From Chitinophagaceae bacterium (GTDB lineage: Bacteria > Bacteroidota > Bacteroidia > Chitinophagales > Chitinophagaceae): 64,000 nt of DNA. Position 1 is the stretch's first letter. Every line of letters starts with the position of its first letter. Below the pieces are notes generated by a model that ran no database searches, was not told where the DNA came from, and saw only the letters and a list, made by a program, of their open reading frames with translations. The position numbers and the translations under genes are program-made. The stretch lies in assembly GCA_018335935.1 (NCBI GenBank), contig JAGXRG010000069.1:67976-131975 (forward strand). The letters run 5' to 3'. Below are positions 26,947 to 36,240 of the stretch, piece by piece.

Positions 26947-27312
26947 ATGTTATCTGAAGAAGAAGTAAAAAATAACAGTGCTGCAATTATTGAACAATTA
27001 ATAACAGAAGCCTTAACAGAAACTCATTTAGAAGTGTTGTTCGATTATTTAGGTCAAGATCAATGGTCGTTTATAACGACCCACCATTACGAAGAAGATA
27101 AAGAAATTTCACTTCGATTACATGCCAATCACGAATTCAAATTGATTCTTGGGTATTATGATGATGAAGACGAATTTCATGAAATTATACATACTCTAAG
27201 CACCAAAGAACAAGAAGCCATACCCGATGGATTACAAAAATTAATGCATAAAGTAGTGAGTGATGAGCAGAGTATTAAAGTAGCAACAAACTTGTTAAAA
27301 GGAAAAATTTAA
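26947..27312 (+). CDS. hypothetical acidic protein
   Basis: 121-aa ORF rich in E/D/H. No motif recognised. Confidence 0.45.
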   Translation: MLSEEEVKNNSAAIIEQLITEALTETHLEVLFDYLGQDQWSFITTHHYEEDKEISLRLHANHEFKLILGYYDDEDEFHEIIHTLSTKEQEAIPDGLQKLMHKVVSDEQSIKVATNLLKGKI

Positions 27313-27366
27313 TCATTAACGTTCAACTCAGAACTTTTAATTCTTAACTCATAACTCTTAATTAAA
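27311..27366. repeat. heptamer array (AACTCTT-type), 8 units
   Basis: aatcatt aacgttc aactcag aactttt aattctt aactcat aactctt aattaaa. It fills the gap between two convergent stop codons. Confidence 0.8.
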
Positions 27367-27369
27367 AAA

Positions 27370-28698
27370 CTATCTTCTCATACCTCTCATGCCAGGGAAA
27401 CCACCCATTGGCATATTGTTCATGCTTTTCATCATTTGCTTCATCTGTTCGAATTGTTTTAAAAAAGCATTTACTTCAGTAATATTTTTCCCACTTCCTT
27501 TTGCAATTCTAGCTTTACGTGAAGGGTTTAATAAATCTGGATTCAGACGTTCAGCAACTGTCATACTATTAATCATGGCTTCAATGCCTTTGAAACTATC
27601 GTTATCTACATCAATATCTTTAATAGCTTTTCCAACACCTGGAATCATGCCCATTAAATCTTTTATGTTACCCATTTTTTTAATGGTTTGTAGCTGAGTT
27701 AAAAAATCTTGAAAATCGAACTTGTTTTGTTTAATTTTCTTTTCGAGTTTTTTAGCTTCCTCTTCATCAAATTGCATTTGGGCTTTTTCTACCAAGCTGG
27801 TAATATCGCCCATGCCTAAAATTCTTTGAGCCATACGATCAGGATAAAACACATCTAATGTGTCCATCTTTTCGCCACTGCTCATGAATTTAATAGGCTT
27901 GTTGACTGTGTACTTAATTGAAATAGCAGCACCACCTCTTGTATCACCATCAAGTTTGGTTAAAACAACTCCTGTAAAATCTAATCTATCGTTAAAGGCT
28001 TTTGCAGTGTTAACTGCATCTTGCCCTGTCATGCTATCTACAACAAATAAAATTTCTGTTGGGTTAATAGCATTTTTTATGGCTGCAACTTCTTGCATCA
28101 TTACTTCATCCACAGCTAAACGACCTGCAGTATCTATAATAACAACATTATGGTTATTCAGCTTAGCTTCTTTAATTGCATTTTGAGCAATTAATACTGC
28201 ATCTTTAGTATCTAGTTCTTTGTAAATTGCTACTCCAATTTGTTCAGATAAAACTGTTAACTGATCAATCGCTGCGGGCCTATAAATATCTGCTGCAACC
28301 AATAAAGGACTTTTACCTTTTTGGGTTTTTAAATAGTTGGCTAACTTTCCAGTAAAAGTTGTTTTACCAGAACCTTGTAAACCTGCAACTAAAATAATAG
28401 CAGGGCTTCCGGTGATTTTAAATTCTGCTGGTTCGCCACCCATCAATTCAGTTAATTCATCCTGAACAATTTTAGTCATTAATTGTCCTGGGCTAATGGC
28501 ATTAATTACTTTCTCACCAACAGCTTTTTCTTTAACCTTATCTGTAAACTCTTTTGCAATTTTAAAATTTACATCGGCTTCTATTAAAGCTCTTCTAATG
28601 TCTTTAATTGTGTTAGCAATATTGAGGTCTGTAATTCTAGCCTGACCTTTAATATTCTTAAATGCCGATTCTAATCTTTCTTGTAAATTCTGAAACAT
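27370..28698 (-). CDS. ffh: signal recognition particle protein
   Basis: 442 aa. G-domain GLQGSGKTT, DTAGR and TKLDGD. Met-rich M-domain tail. Confidence 0.95.
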   Translation of the reverse strand: MFQNLQERLESAFKNIKGQARITDLNIANTIKDIRRALIEADVNFKIAKEFTDKVKEKAVGEKVINAISPGQLMTKIVQDELTELMGGEPAEFKITGSPAIILVAGLQGSGKTTFTGKLANYLKTQKGKSPLLVAADIYRPAAIDQLTVLSEQIGVAIYKELDTKDAVLIAQNAIKEAKLNNHNVVIIDTAGRLAVDEVMMQEVAAIKNAINPTEILFVVDSMTGQDAVNTAKAFNDRLDFTGVVLTKLDGDTRGGAAISIKYTVNKPIKFMSSGEKMDTLDVFYPDRMAQRILGMGDITSLVEKAQMQFDEEEAKKLEKKIKQNKFDFQDFLTQLQTIKKMGNIKDLMGMIPGVGKAIKDIDVDNDSFKGIEAMINSMTVAERLNPDLLNPSRKARIAKGSGKNITEVNAFLKQFEQMKQMMKSMNNMPMGGFPGMRGMRR

Positions 28699-28706
28699 TT
28701 TTTTTA

Positions 28707-28783
28707 GTTTAGGGTTTAAGGTTTAAGGTTTTATGTTTAAGGTGGTGATAACTTGAAACATTAGACTTTTAACATTAAACTTT
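28707..28783. repeat. heptamer array (GTTTAAG-type, then AAACTTT-type), 11 units
   Basis: gtttagg gtttaag gtttaag gttttat gtttaag gtggtga taacttg aaacatt agacttt taacatt aaacttt. Begins 9 nt upstream of the ffh ATG. Confidence 0.8.
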
Positions 28784-28856
28784 TTTAATGGCTGCAAATA
28801 TAAAACTCATTAATCTATTTAGTTTTTGAAATTAATTCTATAGTTTAGATTTTACG

Positions 28857-30260
28857 ATGAAGATTAAACATCAAAAAATTATGAGAATTAATATTTTACT
28901 ACTGTTTTTTATTCTTAATATAATCCAATTAAATGCACAAATTAAATTCGATTACAGTTCTACAAACAAAATATTCGAAAAAGCTAGAAAAGAAAATAAA
29001 TTAATTATTTTAGGAATTTCAAGTTCAAACTGTGAAAAATGTAATGAGCATGTTCTGAACGAATTAAGTAACGATTCAATTTTAATGATTCTGAAAAGTA
29101 ACTTTATTATTACAAATAAGAATGAGGTGCCACTTGAAATTACTTATGATTCTAGTCTTATTTTTTCTGTAGAAAAGAACAAGGGGTTTTTATGTTTAGA
29201 TAACTCTGGTAACATTTTATCTGCAATTGCACCAGTTAAAATAAATCGTAAATTATTTTTAGAATTTTTACATAGAGCCAATGTAAATAAAACAAAAGAA
29301 ATTAATCTTTCATTTTATTTAAATGAATTTACGGCAACAACCAAGAAGGAGTTTAACCAAATTAAAAATTTGCTGAACATATATGATGAAATTGGACTTT
29401 ATCCTTCACAATATTTACTTGATCTAATTTGTGAAACAGCCCCTGAAGATTCTGCAAAATCAAGAACATTTATACAATATTTATTAAAACATGGACCACA
29501 AGTAAACTCAAAAGCGTTTCAGTACATTGCTCAAGATGGTGAAGTGTTTAATACTAGTTGGTTTAGGATGGATTTAAAAGAAAGAGTTGCAATTAACAAT
29601 TTGGTTTTTTATAAATCTATGATGGTTGCTATTGAAAAGAAGGACAAAGCATATGCGGAAGCAGTTGCTAATTTTAAAGCTTCTTCTTCTAATACTAGAA
29701 GTTTTGAGGCATTTCAGAGAACTTATGATTTTGAATTACTTCGTTTTTATAAGGCAATAAAAGACACCAACATGATCATTAACTGGTCTATGAAATTTGT
29801 TGAAAGCTACATCGTCAAACTCAATGTAGATAGCATTTTGCGTATAGACTCATTGAATACTTTAAGAATAAAAGCTAGTACACATTTAAATCAACAAGAT
29901 GTATCTTCATCTAATGTTCTAAATTGGGATAAAGAAGAAACTGCTCAAATTGCAAAAAACAGCAGCTTCTATTCTAATATTTTAAATGAAGCAGCATGGA
30001 CAATTTATGTTTATACAAAAGATAATTTTAAAAACAACTTAGCACTTAAATGGTCTAAGAAGAGTATTGAATTCGAAAAAAATTATGCAGTATTAGATAC
30101 TTATGCTAGATTGTTGTATAGGAATAACAAGATAGATGAGGCAATTACTTATGAGTTGGAAGCAATAAAGCTTGCCAAAGAAATGAAAGCAAAAACAACA
30201 GAATTTGAGCAGGTTTTACAAAATATGAATAATAAAGCAAAAAAAATAGACGAGTACTAA
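28857..30260 (+). CDS. hypothetical secreted protein (possible thioredoxin-like N-domain plus helical repeat C-domain)
   Basis: 467 aa. Signal-like MRINILLLFFILNIIQLNAQ. CEKC (CxxC) in a segment ILGISSSNCEKCNEH. C-terminal half is helical/TPR-like. The ATG at 28881 is an alternative start. Confidence 0.5.
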   Translation: MKIKHQKIMRINILLLFFILNIIQLNAQIKFDYSSTNKIFEKARKENKLIILGISSSNCEKCNEHVLNELSNDSILMILKSNFIITNKNEVPLEITYDSSLIFSVEKNKGFLCLDNSGNILSAIAPVKINRKLFLEFLHRANVNKTKEINLSFYLNEFTATTKKEFNQIKNLLNIYDEIGLYPSQYLLDLICETAPEDSAKSRTFIQYLLKHGPQVNSKAFQYIAQDGEVFNTSWFRMDLKERVAINNLVFYKSMMVAIEKKDKAYAEAVANFKASSSNTRSFEAFQRTYDFELLRFYKAIKDTNMIINWSMKFVESYIVKLNVDSILRIDSLNTLRIKASTHLNQQDVSSSNVLNWDKEETAQIAKNSSFYSNILNEAAWTIYVYTKDNFKNNLALKWSKKSIEFEKNYAVLDTYARLLYRNNKIDEAITYELEAIKLAKEMKAKTTEFEQVLQNMNNKAKKIDEY

Positions 30261-31405
30261 AATTTTATTTTTTTTAATCTCTCGAAAGCTTTGTATAACG
30301 TTTCTTCTTTTTTAGCAAAGCAAAAACGCAACACTTTATTATCCTCTTTGTTTTTATAGAATGATGATACAGGAATTGTAGCAATGCCATAGTTTTTTGT
30401 AAGTTCAACTGCCAAATCAAAATCATTCTGTTCACTAAATCCTTCATAACTATAACATTCAAAATAGCTGCCATGTGATGGAATGAGTTTGAATGGAGTT
30501 TGTTGCATTAAAGTTCTAAAATAATCTCTCTTTTGCTGAAGTTGTTTTCCTAAACTTAAATAGGCATTTTCATTTTTTAAATAAGTTGCTAAAGCAAATT
30601 GTACAGGACTATTACAACTAAAACAATTAAACTGATGCACTTTTCTAAACTCTTGCATCAACGGTTTTGGAGCAATACAATAACCCAATTTCCAACCAGT
30701 GCAGTGATAAGTTTTGCCAAACGAAAAACAAACAAAACTTCTTTCAAATAACTCAGGATAATTCAACATACTTAAATGCTTTTTATCATCAAAAATTAAA
30801 TGTTCATACACTTCATCACTCAAAATAAATAGATCATGCTCAGCAACAATTTGTTTGAGTTGATTAATGTCTTCTTCATCCAACACCATTCCTGTTGGGT
30901 TGTGTGGACTATTAATCATTATCATTTTTGTATTGGCTGTAATCTTTGCTCTGACTTCATCCCAAGGAATTCTGTAACTGGGATATTGTAAAGAAATCAA
31001 CACAGGGATAGCTCCATTAATTTCTATATTAGGAATATAACTATCATATGCAGGTTCAAAAACAATCACTTCATCTCCTTTATTTAAAACTGTAGTTAGT
31101 GCTGTATAAATAGCATAAGTTCCTCCTGGAGTTATAGTAATTTCATTATTGACATCAATATTATTATTATATAATTTCAAACATTTTTTTGATAGCTCTT
31201 CTCTCAAAGCAGGCAAACCATTCATGTGTACATACTGATTATTGCCAGCTTTCATTGAATCATTTACTAAATCTATCAATTCTTCACTCATCATAAAATC
31301 AGGAAATCCTTGTCCTAAATTAATTGCACCATGTTCTTGTGCTAATACACTCATAGTAGTAAAAATGGTAGTACCAACATTTGGAAGTTTAGATAGTATT
31401 TGCAT
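30257..31405 (-). CDS. class I/II pyridoxal-phosphate-dependent aminotransferase (YbdL/methionine aminotransferase-like)
   Basis: 382 aa with INLGQGFPDF, NSPHNPTG and the PLP-lysine motif SFGKTYHCTGWKLGY. Confidence 0.85.
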   Translation of the reverse strand: MQILSKLPNVGTTIFTTMSVLAQEHGAINLGQGFPDFMMSEELIDLVNDSMKAGNNQYVHMNGLPALREELSKKCLKLYNNNIDVNNEITITPGGTYAIYTALTTVLNKGDEVIVFEPAYDSYIPNIEINGAIPVLISLQYPSYRIPWDEVRAKITANTKMIMINSPHNPTGMVLDEEDINQLKQIVAEHDLFILSDEVYEHLIFDDKKHLSMLNYPELFERSFVCFSFGKTYHCTGWKLGYCIAPKPLMQEFRKVHQFNCFSCNSPVQFALATYLKNENAYLSLGKQLQQKRDYFRTLMQQTPFKLIPSHGSYFECYSYEGFSEQNDFDLAVELTKNYGIATIPVSSFYKNKEDNKVLRFCFAKKEETLYKAFERLKKIKF

Positions 31406-31424
31406 GAAACGAAGATAATTGTAA

Positions 31425-31466
31425 AGAATTATGAATGCAGAACTATGAATGTTGAATGAAGAAATA
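31425..31466. repeat. heptamer array (TGAATGN / AGAANTA alternating)
   Basis: agaatta tgaatgc agaacta tgaatgt tgaatga agaaata. Lies just upstream of the aminotransferase ATG (31405, minus strand). Confidence 0.65.
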
Positions 31467-31517
31467 ATTCAACCATTTTATAAATACAAGCTTTACCTTT
31501 AAGTTTCATCTTTAACT

Positions 31518-32000
31518 ATGAATTCTAATTTTAATTTATTCAAAAATCAAATTACTAGCCCTATAAAGTTTAAACTTTTCACTCTCACAAAATTACCTAT
31601 GGCATTTTTTAGTGGATTGAAAGTTGAAGCACTAGAACCCAATACTGCAGCAGTTTCTGTAAGGTTTAAGTGGATCAATCAAAACCCTTTTAAGTCAATT
31701 TATTTTGCTGTATTAAGTATGGCTGCTGAATTAAGCACAGGAGTTTTAGCTTTTGCTCAGATTTATAAAAGACAACCAACAGTAAGCATGCTTGTAGTAA
31801 AACTAGAAGCAGAATTTTATAAAAAAGCTGTAGGAAAAATTGTATTTACTTGTAAAAATGGAGATGAAGTTATTGCTGCAATTGAAGATACTATTGCAAC
31901 CAAACAAGGAGTAACTGTTGCTTGTACATCGGTTGGAATAGATGAAAAGGGCGACGAAGTAGCTAAATTTATTTTTACTTGGAGTTTTAAATCGAAATAA
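31518..32000 (+). CDS. DUF4442-like hotdog-fold (thioesterase-like) protein
   Basis: 160-aa ORF. Assigned from size and pattern only, so this is a weak family call. Confidence 0.5.
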   Translation: MNSNFNLFKNQITSPIKFKLFTLTKLPMAFFSGLKVEALEPNTAAVSVRFKWINQNPFKSIYFAVLSMAAELSTGVLAFAQIYKRQPTVSMLVVKLEAEFYKKAVGKIVFTCKNGDEVIAAIEDTIATKQGVTVACTSVGIDEKGDEVAKFIFTWSFKSK

Positions 32001-32002
32001 TT

Positions 32003-33406
32003 ATGAAAATAACATTTCATGGTGCTGCAAGAACTGTAACAGGATCTAAGCATCTTATTACTTTAAAAAATGGAAAAAAGATTTTATTAGATTGTGGATT
32101 GTTTCAAGGCATGGGTAAAGAAACCTTTGAGCTTAATAATAATTTAGGTTTTGATGCTACTGAAGTTGATGTGATGATTCTTTCACATGCTCATATTGAT
32201 CATAGTGGATTAATTCCTAAACTAGTTAAAGAAGGGTTTATTGGACAAATATTTTGTACACCTGCAACACAAGAATTAGCCAATATTTTATTAGAAGATT
32301 CTGCTGTAATACAAAGAGATGATACTCGTTACATTAACAAAAAAAGAGAACGACAAGGATTACCACTTTATGAACCTTTATATGATGTAGAAGATGCTGC
32401 AAAGGCAAGTAGTTTTTTTAATGCACAAGAGTATAATCAATGGTTTACAGTAATGGAAGGAGTTGAAGCTTTGTTTACAGATGCTGGACATATTATTGGC
32501 AGTGCATGTGTTCATCTTCGCATTCATGAAGAAGGAAAAACAACAACAATTACCTTTAGTGGCGATGTGGGCAGATATAGAGATATCATTTTAAAATCGC
32601 CACAAACTTTTCCTCAGGCCGATTATATTATTTTAGAAAGTACATATGGCAATTCATTGCACGATGATATTATTAACTCTACTGAAACTATTTATAACTG
32701 GATTCAGAAAGCTATAGTAGAAAAAAAAGGCAAGCTCATTATTCCTGCATTTAGTGTGGGTAGAACACAAGAAATTTTGTATTCACTCAATCAATTAAGT
32801 CTAGAAAATCGTTTGCCAGAAGTTAGAGTATTTGTTGATAGTCCACTAAGCTCAGAAGCCACACAAGTTATTAAAAGCTATCCTCAATATTTTAATAATC
32901 GAGTTCAAAAAATATTAGAAATTGATAATGATCCATTTGGGTTTCCAGGATTAGTTTTCACCCAAAATGCCGATGAGAGTAAAGCCATTAATCAGCTCAA
33001 TCAACCTTGTATTATTATTTCAGCCAGCGGTATGGCAGATGCAGGAAGAATAAAACATCATATTCTAAATAATATTGGCCATGCAAAAAATACAATTCTA
33101 TTTTCTGGATATTGTGAACCAAACTCTTTGGGTGGAAAATTATTAAATGGTGCTAAAGAAGTAAGAATTTTTGGTGAGTTTTATGATGTTGTTGCCGAAG
33201 TGGGTAGAATGAGAAGCATGAGTGCTCATGGAGATTATGACGATTTATGTCAATACCTCAGTTGCCAAGACAAAGATTTAGTAAAACAATTATTCTTAGT
33301 ACATGGGGAAGAAGATGTACAATTCGACTTTCAAAACAGCTTGTTGAAAAAAGGTTTTAAAGACGTTGCCATTCCTAAAATGCATCAAACTTTTGAGTTA
33401 GATTAA
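32003..33406 (+). CDS. MBL-fold metallo-hydrolase of the beta-CASP (RNA-metabolising) type
   Basis: 467 aa. Contains HAHIDHSG (HxHxDH) and later ESTYG, SAHGD and LVHGE beta-CASP motifs. Confidence 0.8.
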   Translation: MKITFHGAARTVTGSKHLITLKNGKKILLDCGLFQGMGKETFELNNNLGFDATEVDVMILSHAHIDHSGLIPKLVKEGFIGQIFCTPATQELANILLEDSAVIQRDDTRYINKKRERQGLPLYEPLYDVEDAAKASSFFNAQEYNQWFTVMEGVEALFTDAGHIIGSACVHLRIHEEGKTTTITFSGDVGRYRDIILKSPQTFPQADYIILESTYGNSLHDDIINSTETIYNWIQKAIVEKKGKLIIPAFSVGRTQEILYSLNQLSLENRLPEVRVFVDSPLSSEATQVIKSYPQYFNNRVQKILEIDNDPFGFPGLVFTQNADESKAINQLNQPCIIISASGMADAGRIKHHILNNIGHAKNTILFSGYCEPNSLGGKLLNGAKEVRIFGEFYDVVAEVGRMRSMSAHGDYDDLCQYLSCQDKDLVKQLFLVHGEEDVQFDFQNSLLKKGFKDVAIPKMHQTFELD

Positions 33407-34233
33407 GTATGAATCACCATTAAAGGCACTTTAGTATGAAAAGCTAATTTATTAGTATAGCTTGGATTTAAAATTTTTGAAAGCCAGCTTCTTTTTTTAG
33501 CAACATTAATAATGAGTTGAACATTATCATTTTCTGCAAACTCATTTACAGCATCTTCAAAATCATTTCTCAATGAATATTTATATTGTGGATGGTACGC
33601 TTTTAATATATTATGTAGTGCAAATTTTTCTAATGCTGGTTCAACTTGTTCTCGTGTAAAATCTGGATCAAAATTTACCACTTCTAATTCAGGCATGGCA
33701 ACATCTAAAAAATCTTTTATTTGTTGTTGTGGTACAGAAGTATTGATGTCTTTAAAATCGCTTAAAAACATGGCTTTTGCAATATATTCATAAGTACAAT
33801 CTTTAGGAACTATAACCACAGGAATGGTAGTACTCTGTGAAATGGATATGGTATTACTTCCTATTAAAGTTTCGTCTAAAGCTCCTCCACCTGTAATTCC
33901 CATTACTATATAAGCAATATCGTTTTTCTTACAAAGCTCAGCAACACCAGCTTCTAGTAGTACCATTTCAGATAATGGCTCAATCGTTATATGTAATGGA
34001 GCAATTTGTTGTAATCGGACTGCTTCTTTTTCAAGCTGAGCTTTACTGGTTTCTCGAATTGCATCTATTTCTGCAATGACCAATGTACTCATTGGATCAG
34101 TAATGCTAATAGGTTGCCAAGTATTATAAAGAATGATATGATCTATTCTCATTTGTTTGGCAAAACCTATAGCATAGTTAGCTGCATTTGATGCAGTAGA
34201 AGAAAAATCGGTGGGTATTAGAATTGATTTCAT
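33403..34233 (-). CDS. tandem universal stress protein (UspA family)
   Basis: 276 aa. Two Usp-like halves (ILIPTDFS ... VPVVIVP, and ... VPLMVIH). Confidence 0.75.
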   Translation of the reverse strand: MKSILIPTDFSSTASNAANYAIGFAKQMRIDHIILYNTWQPISITDPMSTLVIAEIDAIRETSKAQLEKEAVRLQQIAPLHITIEPLSEMVLLEAGVAELCKKNDIAYIVMGITGGGALDETLIGSNTISISQSTTIPVVIVPKDCTYEYIAKAMFLSDFKDINTSVPQQQIKDFLDVAMPELEVVNFDPDFTREQVEPALEKFALHNILKAYHPQYKYSLRNDFEDAVNEFAENDNVQLIINVAKKRSWLSKILNPSYTNKLAFHTKVPLMVIHT

Positions 34234-34306
34234 GGAAAATGGTTATTACCAAATTTACAACAATTCTTTTTTAAGGATAATGACATAAATCAGTTGCTCA
34301 ACTGAT

Positions 34307-35119
34307 TTATTTTTCCATTTGTTCAATAACTGCTTGTGTAACTCCAGTAAAGCTAAATCCTCCATCGTGAAACAAGTTTTGCATCGTAACCATTCTGGTT
34401 AAATCACTAAACAAGGTAACACAATAATTAGCACAATCTTCAGCCGAAGCATTTCCGAGTGGGCTCATTTTTTCTGCATAATTAATAAAGCCATCAAAAC
34501 CTTTAACGCCACTACCTGCAGTAGTTCTAGTTGGCGATTGAGAAATGGTATTGATACGAACTTTATTCTTAACGCCATAGTGATAGCCAAAACTTCTGGC
34601 AATACTTTCTAATAACGCTTTAGCATCGGCCATTTCGTTATAATCTGGAAAAACTCTTTGTGCAGCAATATAGGTTAAGCCAACAATACTTCCCCATTCA
34701 CTAATAGCATCTAATTCATATGCAGTTTGGCAAACACGGTGTAAGCTTAATGCAGAAATATCTAAAGTTTTATATTCAAATTCGTGGTTGAGTTTTGTAT
34801 AATGATTACCTTTTCTAATATTCATGCTCATGCCAACACTATGCAAAACAAAATCTATTTTGCCTCCAAAATGTTCCATTGATTTTGTGAAAAGATTATT
34901 TAAATCTTCCATATTGGTTACATCTGCACCAATAATTGGAGCATTACAAGCTTCTGCTAATTTATTAATTTCTCCCATTCTTAATGCAATAGGAGCATTA
35001 GTTAAAACAATTTGTGCACCTTGTTCAACACATTTTTCAGCAGCTTTCCAAGCAATTGATTGGTCGTTCAACGCACCAAAAATGATTCCTTTTTTTCCTT
35101 TCAATAAATTATTAGACAT
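34307..35119 (-). CDS. fabI: enoyl-[acyl-carrier-protein] reductase (NADH), FabI type
   Basis: Start taken at MSNNLLKGKKGIIFG (ATG at 35119). SDR fold with LTYIAAQRV...DAKALLE (Tyr/Lys) and INTISQSPTRTTAGSG. Confidence 0.85.
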   Translation of the reverse strand: MSNNLLKGKKGIIFGALNDQSIAWKAAEKCVEQGAQIVLTNAPIALRMGEINKLAEACNAPIIGADVTNMEDLNNLFTKSMEHFGGKIDFVLHSVGMSMNIRKGNHYTKLNHEFEYKTLDISALSLHRVCQTAYELDAISEWGSIVGLTYIAAQRVFPDYNEMADAKALLESIARSFGYHYGVKNKVRINTISQSPTRTTAGSGVKGFDGFINYAEKMSPLGNASAEDCANYCVTLFSDLTRMVTMQNLFHDGGFSFTGVTQAVIEQMEK

Positions 35120-35263
35120 AAGCTTTAATTTGAAAAACAAAAGTAAGGCGAAACCGTTAAGATTAAAACATATTGCTCTTTAAAGCTTATTGTTTTAATC
35201 GTTATAAAGTTGCTTTACCAAAAAACGAAATGGATACTTTTTGCAGTACAGTGAAGAGAATAA

Positions 35264-36139
35264 TTACAATACATTCAAAATTTGTTCTTTCATTTTTTCT
35301 AGTTCATCTTTCATAAGAACTACTAACTTTTGAATAGTTGCATTATTGGCTTTTGAACCTGTAGTGTTGATTTCTCTACCAAATTCTTGAAGTATAAACG
35401 ATAATTTTTTGCCTTTGCTTTTCTCTTTTCCTTGTAATATTTCTTTAAAGTAGGCAATATGATTTTTTAATCGAACTTGCTCTTCACTTATATCAATTTT
35501 TTCAATATAATAAATCAGTTCTTGTTCTAAGCGGTTAGTATCATAATTATCCTTGCCAACATTATCTTCTAATACTTTAATAAATCCTTCTCTAATTTTT
35601 TCTCTACGTTGAGGTTCTATTAGCTTAATTTGATCTTCTAATTTTTCAATTTCATCAACCCTAAATAATAAGTCTTTTTCTATAGATGCACCTTCGTTTA
35701 AACGATGTTTGTTGAGGTTTTCAAGGGCTACTTTAAATAATTCTTGTAATTGTTGCCATTCATCTTCTGTTAAACTTTCTGTATTATTAGTTACTACATC
35801 TGGCAATTTTAAAATAGCAGCTAATAAGTTATCTGTTGATGTTTTTAATTCAGTGGCTACTTCACTAACACTATTAAAATATGCTTTTAACAATTCTGTA
35901 TTTAATACAATGGGTTTTGCTGAACCATTCGATTTTATGTTGATAAAACATTCAACACTTCCACGTTCTAATTCGGTATTAATAAGATTTCTAATATCTA
36001 TCTCAAACTGTTTTAAAATAGATGGAGTCATCATTCTGAGGTCGAATTGTTTGCCATTTAACGACTTTACTTCTATTATAAACGTTTTGTCGTTTATGGT
36101 TTGTTCTGCCCTGCCATAACCTGTCATGGAATATATCAT
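35264..36139 (-). CDS. YicC family stress-induced protein
   Basis: 291 aa. N-terminus MIYSMTGYGRAE and C-terminus QEFGREINTTGSKA ... KEQILNV. Confidence 0.85.
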   Translation of the reverse strand: MIYSMTGYGRAEQTINDKTFIIEVKSLNGKQFDLRMMTPSILKQFEIDIRNLINTELERGSVECFINIKSNGSAKPIVLNTELLKAYFNSVSEVATELKTSTDNLLAAILKLPDVVTNNTESLTEDEWQQLQELFKVALENLNKHRLNEGASIEKDLLFRVDEIEKLEDQIKLIEPQRREKIREGFIKVLEDNVGKDNYDTNRLEQELIYYIEKIDISEEQVRLKNHIAYFKEILQGKEKSKGKKLSFILQEFGREINTTGSKANNATIQKLVVLMKDELEKMKEQILNVL

Positions 36140-36186
36140 AATTCAATAATTGTTGTAAAAATAAATGAATTGTATTTGGTTCTACT

Positions 36187-36218
36187 AAAAACAAAAATGC
36201 CTCACAAATGTGAGGCAT
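36187..36218 (-). terminator. terminator at the end of the starch PUL (after the SusF-like gene)
   Basis: atgcctcaca/tgtgaggcat dyad. On the minus strand it is followed by tttttgtttt. Confidence 0.75.
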
Positions 36219-36240
36219 TTAAATATTTGAAAATCTGTAA

